Below are positions 7,746 to 14,533 of a stretch of DNA of 17,505 nucleotides, in pieces; positions within the stretch are counted from its first letter, which is position 1; each line of letters begins with the position of its first letter. The notes below the pieces were generated by a model. That model did no database searches. It was given only the letters and a program-made list of their open reading frames with translations, and was not told the origin of the DNA. The DNA is from an uncultured Verrucomicrobiota bacterium. GTDB taxonomy: Bacteria > Auribacterota > JABMQX01 > JAFGEW01. The stretch lies in contig CAZCQN010000041.1 in the NCBI GenBank assembly GCA_964500825.1, forward strand, positions 1-17,505, read 5' to 3'. The position numbers and the translations under genes were made by a program.

Positions 7746-8245
7746 GGCACATCACCTCCGACCCCCAATATAGGACCTTACTTACGCAGGTGTCAATAGC
7801 CAGAGGTGAAACCCCTGGTCACGGGCGACACCGCGGAATGCCGGCCCTGAAGGGGCCGAACGTGTCAAGCACAAGCTCTCAGTGTGCAACCCCTCCAGGG
7901 TTGAATTGGCATTACTGCACACACGTTTCTCCGGGTTTCACCCGGAGCTACTCACGTCGCGCCCCTGGAGGGCGCGGCGATTACGGGCTTTTTCAACAGG
8001 CCGTTGCGCCCGAGGCTACTCTCAGACGCCCCTGACGGGGCTTGGATTTGTGCGCCGGTCCCTACCCGAGCCGATTCGGATGCGCGCCCGGCCGGCACGA
8101 TCGCACGAGCTGTGTGCGACAGCCTGTTTGGATGAGGCCGCGCGCAGCAGCGTTGGAACTGGTCAACAGGTAATCGCCCGCGCCATGTCGGGCGGCGATG
8201 TGCCCGCTCTCTGTCAGGAATGCCGGCTAGCGCACTCGCGGGGCC

Positions 8246-8692
8246 TCAAGCATTCTTGTCAATACCCCGCCTCGTTCCCAGACCGGCGTCGCGGGCATAC
8301 GCCTGGAGCGTCTCTCGTCCCCGCCTGAGGCTCTCGAGTTCGGTCGTGATCGCCTCGTGCCGCGCGTCGATCGTCTTGGCAAGAAGGCTGTCTTCACGTT
8401 GGATCGCGTTCACATGCTCCTCCGAGCTGTCGATCAGGGCGCGCAGGCGCGTTTGCTGCTCATCGGACGGTGTCGCGTCCCTGGCCGCTTCCAGTTCGTG
8501 GCCGATCGCCTTCTCGAGCTCGCGCCAGCGGCGCATCGCGTGCTCGCGGCGGTCGATGAGCCGGTCGAGGCGCGCCGTCTTGCCTTGCTCGACGGCCTTG
8601 CGCTGGCGACCGGCGAGCTCGAGGACTTCATCGAGCAGCTCGAGGCGCTGCTCGAACTTCGCGACGAGATCGTCTTTCAGGTCGGTCGCCAT
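8246..8692 (-). CDS. Hypothetical coiled-coil protein of 148 aa. It is the last gene of the three-gene minus-strand operon.
   Basis: Complete ORF. SD-like TAGGAG lies about 12 nt upstream. The protein is predicted almost entirely helical and heptad-rich (LELLDEVLELAGRQRKAVEQ..., RELEKAIGHELEAARD...). A FlgN-like chaperone fold is a weak possibility. Confidence 0.6.
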   Translation of the reverse strand: MATDLKDDLVAKFEQRLELLDEVLELAGRQRKAVEQGKTARLDRLIDRREHAMRRWRELEKAIGHELEAARDATPSDEQQTRLRALIDSSEEHVNAIQREDSLLAKTIDARHEAITTELESLRRGRETLQAYARDAGLGTRRGIDKNA

Positions 8693-8705
8693 GGTGAGAC
8701 AGCTC

Positions 8706-9782
8706 CTACTTGGATACGATGCAGAACGCGCGGTCCGCCAGCGGCAGCGTCACCCGGTCGCCGCCGCGCCTGCCCGATTCGAACATGGCGAGCGCGAGCT
8801 CGAGGGCGGCGCGCGCATCCTCGGGCGTTGACGAGGAGTCGCCGCCGTGTTCGATCACGTCCACGAGCTCCTCGACCGCGAGCACGTACGGGTTGGTCTC
8901 GCCGGGCGGCGGCGAGGGGAACGCCGCGCGCCGCAGCTCGAAGAAGCCATCGTAGTGCGGGCTCTCGGCCGACTCGAATAGCTCGAGCACGCCGTTGTTG
9001 CCGATCCGGACCCGACCCTGCGAGCCGAGCACGTCGAGCTCGAACAAGAAGTAGTCCTTGCCGACGGCGTCCACGTGCGCGTAGGCGCCGCTCGCCATCT
9101 TGATCGTCGCGACGCTGTCGCCGTCACCGTTCTCGTCGCCGGGCACTGCATCCGCCCGCGCCCACGCCGCCTCGGCGTGCGGCCAGGTCGCGGCCGAGAC
9201 CCACTCAGCCGGGCCGGCGAGCCACAGGAGCGCGTCGAAGAAGTGCGTCCCGGTGTGGATCACGCGGCCGCCGAACGCGCCGCGGACCGACTGGAGCGCG
9301 CCGAGCCGGCCGTCGTCGACGAGCCCCTTGAGCGTGCGGAAGTCCCAGCACCAGCGCCGGCTGTGATTGACGGCCACCGCAATGCCGTGCGTGCGGCACA
9401 GCGCGACGAGCTCGTCGGCCTCGGCCAGGCTCGTCGCCAACGCCTTTTCACAAAAGATGCCGCGCACGCCGCACGCGGCCGCCGCACGGACCACGTCGAG
9501 CCGGACCGACGCCGGGGTGCAGATGCTCACGACGTCGGGCCGTTGCTCGTCGAGCATCCGCTCGAAATCGTCGTACGCGGCCGGGATATCGAAGCGGGTG
9601 GCGAACCGCTGCGCACTCTCCATCGTTCGGCTGGCGCACGCGACGAGGCGCGTCGCCTCGACCGCCTGGTAGGCGCCGGCGTGCGTGCTGGGGTGGCCGC
9701 GGCGCGAGTCCTCCTCGAGCCAACCGGCCATCCGGCCGCAGCCGACGATGGCGGCGCGTATCGTGGCGGCTCGAGCCGTCAT
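8706..9782 (-). CDS. Gfo/Idh/MocA-family NAD(P)-dependent oxidoreductase.
   Basis: N-terminal Rossmann motif AAIVGCGRMAG. The consensus EKP motif is replaced by CEKAL. DVVSICTP is present. The ATG overlaps the upstream gene's TGA as ATGA. Confidence 0.85.
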   Translation of the reverse strand: MTARAATIRAAIVGCGRMAGWLEEDSRRGHPSTHAGAYQAVEATRLVACASRTMESAQRFATRFDIPAAYDDFERMLDEQRPDVVSICTPASVRLDVVRAAAACGVRGIFCEKALATSLAEADELVALCRTHGIAVAVNHSRRWCWDFRTLKGLVDDGRLGALQSVRGAFGGRVIHTGTHFFDALLWLAGPAEWVSAATWPHAEAAWARADAVPGDENGDGDSVATIKMASGAYAHVDAVGKDYFLFELDVLGSQGRVRIGNNGVLELFESAESPHYDGFFELRRAAFPSPPPGETNPYVLAVEELVDVIEHGGDSSSTPEDARAALELALAMFESGRRGGDRVTLPLADRAFCIVSK

Positions 9783-10135
9783 CGGCGCCGCGCCTTGTTC
9801 CTGCGGCCGGCCGCTTCGTCGATCGTCATTTTCCGCACGACGCGCTTCACCTCGTCCATGATCTCGTCGCCGTTGGTCGTGGCGAATTTCTCGTCGAGGG
9901 CATCGTCGATTGCGGCGAGCAGCGCCGGGTCGAGCTGCGCCTCGGCGTCCGCGGCCAATGCGTCGCGTCCGACCGCTTCGACGATGGCCTCGTGCACGTC
10001 CCAGCGCTTGAGCCGCTCGAGGTGCCGCTCGGTCAGGCGAGTCCTGCCCGGTAAAAGCATGACGCCCTTGTCGTCAAACACCGGCAGCGCCAGGATCATG
10101 CCGGGCTCAAGTTCACTCAGGCTCAGTCGACCCAT
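9779..10135 (-). CDS. Small hypothetical protein of 118 aa. Its N-terminal domain (LEPGMILALPVFDDKGVMLLPGRTRLTERHLERLKRWDV) resembles the DUF3391-type module found ahead of HD-GYP domains.
   Basis: Complete ORF, first in the minus operon. Its stop overlaps the start of the downstream oxidoreductase gene. No clear SD; an alternative start exists at the internal ATG encoding GMILAL. Confidence 0.5.
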   Translation of the reverse strand: MGRLSLSELEPGMILALPVFDDKGVMLLPGRTRLTERHLERLKRWDVHEAIVEAVGRDALAADAEAQLDPALLAAIDDALDEKFATTNGDEIMDEVKRVVRKMTIDEAAGRRNKARRR

Positions 10136-10385
10136 CTGGTTTGCCTGCTCGTTTGTCGTGGGGACACGTCTTCCCGCCGAGGATTATGCAAGAGACATGC
10201 CACGGGGAGCGGGTGATGCCGCCGATCCGGTAGGACGTCGGGGTAGGTGGGGGCGAGACAGGGGATGTGGGCCTTTCCCACACTATGTGGGGCGTGTCGG
10301 GGCCAGCACCCGTACAGAGCGGCCACGAGAAGGATGGTACGGATATTGCATCCGATCCAGGTGAGCGAACTGTCCGGAGCCTCGC
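10136..10385. promoter_or_regulatory. Divergent intergenic region of 250 bp between the minus three-gene operon and the plus four-gene operon. It contains a GTGGG-CCTTT-CCCAC palindrome at 10267-10281, flanked by ATGTGGG direct repeats.
   Basis: Read from the sequence. Both flanking operons must start here. Confidence 0.3.
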
Positions 10386-11549
10386 GTGGCCAGAATCATC
10401 GACATCCACGCCGCGGCCGAGCTTCTGGCCGTGGACACCAAGACCGTCTACCGCCTCATCCAGAGCGGCGATCTGCCGGCGGCCAAGATCGGGCGCGTCT
10501 ACCGACTCTCGCAAGACGACGTCGAGCACTACTTCGAGCAGCGCAAAGCGGCCACGATGCGCGTGTTCCGAACGAACGGCAAGCGCGCGCGGGAGGGCGT
10601 ATCCGACGCGCCGACCGAGCGCCGGTGCTCCTGGTGCGGACGCGAGCTGGTCCTCAACTACTCGGTTGCCACGAAATGCGAAGAGCCGGGCTGCGAAGCG
10701 ACGATTTGTCGCACATGTGCCCGCTCGGGCGCGCTGACCCGGTGCCCGGTGCATGCGCGGCCCGCTGATCGCAACGACACGGTCGAGCAACTGCGCGCGG
10801 ACGGCTGCCTCGTCGTCGGGCGCGACGAGCTCTCCATCGAGGCGGCCGCCTATCTGTCCGAGGTCGCCGCGCGCTTCGAGCATTTGTCCGGCTGGCTCGA
10901 TGACGGCGCCGTCCTTCCGCGTGCGAAGCTCGTCGTGACGCTCCGGCAGCAGCCTTCGGCCGAGGCGTGGCTCGCCCTCGACGGCGAGGGCCCGGCGCCG
11001 TTCGACGCGGGCGTGGCACAGCGCGCGCGGATCCGGGCCGGCAAGACGCTGCTGCGGCTTCGGCTCGTACCGGCCGTTCATCGGCCGAGCTACGCGCGGC
11101 ACGGCTTCGACGTGCAGCCCTGCACGGCCGGCGACCTTCGCAGCGCCGTCGACGACGCGGCGCAGCCCCGCAGGCGCAGCGGCCAGTGTGTCGTTGCCGT
11201 GTGGTCACCGACCGGATGGACCGACCAGGCGGGTGCCCAGGCGACCGCCGGTCTGGGCGGCGGCGAGCAGGTCGTCCTTGCCGATCGGCCGGCTGGCCGC
11301 TGCATCGGCGCCGCGGGCCAGCTTGTGTACTTGCTCAACCCGCTTGCCGACGAGCCGACGCTTGCCGAGTGTGCCCAGTTTGTCCGCAACGAGCTCGCCG
11401 TGCGCTCGAGCGTCCGGCTCGACGCATTGACCGACGAAGGCGGCTTCCACCGCGAGATCGCCCAACGATGCTTCGACCGGCTCGCTGCGAACGGCGAGTA
11501 CGTGGTCGACCGATTCGACGACCTGGGCGCGGTGCTTTCGAGGCGCTAG
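10386..11549 (+). CDS. Excisionase/MerR-type HTH DNA-binding domain (HTH_17-like: LLAVDTKTVYRLIQSGDLPAAKIGRVYRLSQDDVEHYF), then a Cys-rich zinc ribbon (CSWCG...C..C...CRTC...C.VH), then a C-terminal domain of about 250 aa of unknown function. First gene of the four-gene operon.
   Basis: GTG start with GGAG 8 nt upstream. High-GC3 codon usage. The stop lies 3 nt before the next gene's ATG. Confidence 0.75.
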   Translation: MARIIDIHAAAELLAVDTKTVYRLIQSGDLPAAKIGRVYRLSQDDVEHYFEQRKAATMRVFRTNGKRAREGVSDAPTERRCSWCGRELVLNYSVATKCEEPGCEATICRTCARSGALTRCPVHARPADRNDTVEQLRADGCLVVGRDELSIEAAAYLSEVAARFEHLSGWLDDGAVLPRAKLVVTLRQQPSAEAWLALDGEGPAPFDAGVAQRARIRAGKTLLRLRLVPAVHRPSYARHGFDVQPCTAGDLRSAVDDAAQPRRRSGQCVVAVWSPTGWTDQAGAQATAGLGGGEQVVLADRPAGRCIGAAGQLVYLLNPLADEPTLAECAQFVRNELAVRSSVRLDALTDEGGFHREIAQRCFDRLAANGEYVVDRFDDLGAVLSRR

Positions 11550-11552
11550 CAA

Positions 11553-13061
11553 ATGGGTTTCTTGACGACACAGTGTCCGCACTGCGGCGCGCGCGTGCGC
11601 CGGACGAGCAACTTCTGCCCGTCGTGTGGCCAGCCGGCGCCGAGGCGTGCGGTCGTGTGCGGCCGCTGCCGCCGGTCGAGCGGGCCCGGCGCCAAGTTCT
11701 GCGCGCACTGCGGCGCCGAGCTGGCGCGGCACGGCAAGGCCACCGTCGTGGACAACCGATGGTCGCGCGCCGCCGACGAGTTCGCCGTCGTCCTCGAGAT
11801 CGACGATCTGAACGGCGTCCTGAGCAAGTCGCTCGTCGTCGAGCCGGGCACGCGTGCGCTCCTGTTCCGTGCCGACCGCCTCGTTGGCGTGCTCGAGCCG
11901 GGCGAGCACACGGTCGACAGCCTGCCGCGTCGGATCGCCGCGCTCGGGCGTGGCGCCCCGATGCTGGCCATCCTCGTCTCGGCCGACGACACGGCGGTCG
12001 AGCTCGACCTGCCGGAGGTGTGGACGGCCGACGAGCAGGCTGTTTCGGTCAAGGTGTTCCTCAGCGTGCGGCTCGTCGATCCCGACGTGTTCCGCCGCGA
12101 GGTGGTCCGCGAGCGATGGCGCGTGTTGCTCGACGACGTTCGCGCGCTGTGGCGCGCCGAGGGGGTGCCGGTCGTTGCCGAGATCGTCCGGCGCGAGACG
12201 CTCGAATCGCTCTGCGCGACGCCCGGCCTGCGCGAGGCGGTCGAACGCGAGCTGCGCGCCGAGCTCGATGCGACCTGCGCGCGAAGCGGTCTCGAGCTCG
12301 TGCAGCTCCGCTGCCTCGACTTCTACGGCAGCGCGTACGAGACGCTCCGGGCCGAGCGCGGCGAGGCGTTCCAGCTCACTCGGGCGCTCGATGTCTACCG
12401 GCGAGTTCACGACGAGCTCTCGGTCGAGCGGATCGCGCGCTTCCAATCCGAGCAGGAGTTTGAGCAGTTCGTGCACGAGGCCGAGCACCGCGCGGGCGTC
12501 AAGGCCCTGCTGCGGGAGCAGGAGGTCGAGGACTTCAAGCGCGCGTACCGCGAGCGCCTTGCACTCGAGAAAGCGAGGCGAGAGATCGAGCAGGGCGCGA
12601 TCGCCTTCGAGTCCGAACTCGAGAAACACAAAGCGCTCGACGAGCTCCGATGGGCCAAACGCGAGCGCGGCCTCGAGCTGCTCGAGAAGATCCGCGAACT
12701 GCGGCACCGTGAGCGCTTGCGCCGCATCGAGACCGACGAGCTCCGGCTCGACATCTACAGCCGGGCCACGATCGAGGCGCTCATCGCCATCCTCGACGAC
12801 GACCGCGCCGACCGGCTCGTCGAGCTGAAGAAGTTCCAGGAACAGACAAAGATGTCGCCCGAGCAGCTTCTGGCGCTCGTGGCGGCGAACTCGCCCGAGG
12901 CCGCGCGTGCGCTGGCGGAGCGGTATCGGGCCGAGTCGGCGATCTCGCCCGAGGCGTACGTGCAGGCGTGCGATCGGATCAACAGCGCCACCGCATCCGC
13001 CGCCGAGCCGGTGGAGGACGCGCCAACCGATCACGTCGAACTATACGAAGAGACCGAGTGA
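11553..13061 (+). CDS. Double zinc-ribbon (CPHCG..CPSCG; CGRC..CAHCG), then an SPFH/band-7 domain, then a long flotillin-like coiled coil.
   Basis: The SPFH signature is recognisable (LEPGEHTV..., TADEQAVSVKVFLSVRLVDPDVF, compare TKDN..V.VDAVVYYRVVDP). The C-terminal half is rich in heptad E/R/K/L repeats. Confidence 0.85.
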   Translation: MGFLTTQCPHCGARVRRTSNFCPSCGQPAPRRAVVCGRCRRSSGPGAKFCAHCGAELARHGKATVVDNRWSRAADEFAVVLEIDDLNGVLSKSLVVEPGTRALLFRADRLVGVLEPGEHTVDSLPRRIAALGRGAPMLAILVSADDTAVELDLPEVWTADEQAVSVKVFLSVRLVDPDVFRREVVRERWRVLLDDVRALWRAEGVPVVAEIVRRETLESLCATPGLREAVERELRAELDATCARSGLELVQLRCLDFYGSAYETLRAERGEAFQLTRALDVYRRVHDELSVERIARFQSEQEFEQFVHEAEHRAGVKALLREQEVEDFKRAYRERLALEKARREIEQGAIAFESELEKHKALDELRWAKRERGLELLEKIRELRHRERLRRIETDELRLDIYSRATIEALIAILDDDRADRLVELKKFQEQTKMSPEQLLALVAANSPEAARALAERYRAESAISPEAYVQACDRINSATASAAEPVEDAPTDHVELYEETE

Positions 13062-13066
13062 CGCCG

Positions 13067-14533
13067 ATGTCGTCGACGAGCCAGGAGAAGCACGTGACCA
13101 GGTGCCCGGCGTGCGGCCGTGCCGTGGGGCACGCGCGCTACTGCGAACACTGCGGCGCCCCACTGCCGGCCGAGGTCGCGGCGCGCGCCGACGCCCTTGC
13201 CGAGGCGGTGGCGCACGCGGGCAGTGTCCGGCTCGAGATCGACGCCGCGCGCGTTCTGCAGCAGCAGGCCGTCGGCGTGCTCGAGCTGCGGTTCACGAAC
13301 ACCGGCGCGCACGAGGTGCAGGTGGCCATGGTCGAGATCGACACGCCCGTCGTGGACACGCCGCTGCGGTGCATCGTGCGCGACATCCGCTGCGGCCGGC
13401 ACATGCCGCTGCGGTTCTCCGTGATCCCCCTGCGGCACGGCGAGGCCGTGTGCCGCGTGCGCGTCAAGGTGCTCGACACGGCGCAGACCTTCAACGTCTC
13501 GATGGGCGAGTTCACGATTGTGGTCAACCCGCCGCACGCCGAGGAAACGACGCTCCAGTTCGTGATCAAGGATAGCGACGTGGTGGGCGATTTCGAGAAC
13601 GTGTTCACGCAGAAGCGGCGCCGGCCGCGCGACGTGATGCAGCCGCGGCGCCGGGCGATGTGGGTGCCCGTCCGGCTCGTTGAGCAGGAGCGCCGCGAGG
13701 TCCGACCCGTGCCCAAGACCATCGTCGATGCCGGGCGTCTCGCCGGCGTCCCGCCGATCGAGAGCGCCGCCCTGCGCCTGCTCGAAGCGGGCGCGATGCG
13801 CACCGTGGCGCTGTTGGCCAAGCCGCAGCTCGCCTTCGGCCGGAGCGCGTGGCCGGACCCGTACAGCCGCGAGCAGAACGACGTCGTGCTCCGCCTCATG
13901 CCCGACTCGGCCGCCACGCGCGACCTGTCGCGCGGCATTCATCGGTTCGCCTTTCAACTGCGGGCGGGTGCAGACGACGTCGAGCTCATCCGGCTCGCGC
14001 GCCGCGAGGGGCGGATCGCCGTCGACTCAGTCGAGCGGCTCGTCGACGGCCAGGCGATCGACGTCGCCGGCCTCTTCGAGCTCGTGGCGCACATCGTGCG
14101 AGGCACGGACCCCTTCAGGTGGGAGCGCTTCGTCCTCCACCGGGAAACCGACCGCGCGCCGGAGATTGAGCTGGTGGAGGTGTGCGTCCCGAGCGCCGCC
14201 CAGGTGCTCAGCGTGGTGGTGCGCCGTTCCGACGAGGCGGCCGAGATCGAGGAATACGTCCAGGTGCGGCGGCACGTCACCATCGGCGCGTCGGCGCAGG
14301 CGGCCATCGTGCTGCGCGAGGGGGGCGTCGCGCCGACGCACGCGCGGCTCATCGCTCGGGGCGGCGTCTTCCTCATCGAGGACCTCAGCAGCGACGGCGG
14401 CACGTGGGTCAACGAGCGACGGCTCGGGCCGAACGAGCTCGCGCCGCTCGTCTACGGCGACCACCTGATGCTCGGCAAGGCGGCGATCGCCTTCGAACCG
14501 TTCCAGCAGCAATTCGGAGAGGACGAGGCGTGA
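13067..14533 (+). CDS. Zinc-ribbon (CPACG..CEHCG), then an Ig-like or unknown middle region with a possible degenerate FHA, then a C-terminal canonical FHA domain.
   Basis: The ATG lies 5 nt after the upstream stop. The C-terminal FHA reads VTIGASAQAAIVLREGGVAPTHARLIARGGVFLIEDLSSDGGTWVNERRL...GDHLMLG. The middle segment FGRS...DVVLRL...SRGIHRFAF resembles a second, degenerate FHA. Confidence 0.8.
   Translation: MSSTSQEKHVTRCPACGRAVGHARYCEHCGAPLPAEVAARADALAEAVAHAGSVRLEIDAARVLQQQAVGVLELRFTNTGAHEVQVAMVEIDTPVVDTPLRCIVRDIRCGRHMPLRFSVIPLRHGEAVCRVRVKVLDTAQTFNVSMGEFTIVVNPPHAEETTLQFVIKDSDVVGDFENVFTQKRRRPRDVMQPRRRAMWVPVRLVEQERREVRPVPKTIVDAGRLAGVPPIESAALRLLEAGAMRTVALLAKPQLAFGRSAWPDPYSREQNDVVLRLMPDSAATRDLSRGIHRFAFQLRAGADDVELIRLARREGRIAVDSVERLVDGQAIDVAGLFELVAHIVRGTDPFRWERFVLHRETDRAPEIELVEVCVPSAAQVLSVVVRRSDEAAEIEEYVQVRRHVTIGASAQAAIVLREGGVAPTHARLIARGGVFLIEDLSSDGGTWVNERRLGPNELAPLVYGDHLMLGKAAIAFEPFQQQFGEDEA

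Larger units (their letters stand above)
6800..7840 (-). mobile_element. IS630-family (Tc1/mariner-like DDE) insertion sequence. Boundaries are approximate.
   Basis: The two transposase ORFs have an HTH N-terminus (Tc1/mariner type) and a DDE_3 core (AHLVFVDESGF...RTWAPCGQTP...VVLIWD). A 10-bp direct repeat CGGAATGCCG occurs at 6806-6815 and 7833-7842 flanking the element. I could not identify terminal inverted repeats by eye. Confidence 0.5.

Noticed and set aside
8357-10364. + strand ORFs 8357-9103 and 9075-10364 (429 aa)
   Set aside because: They are antisense to the well-supported Gfo/Idh/MocA and flanking genes. Their products are arginine- and alanine-rich with no motifs.
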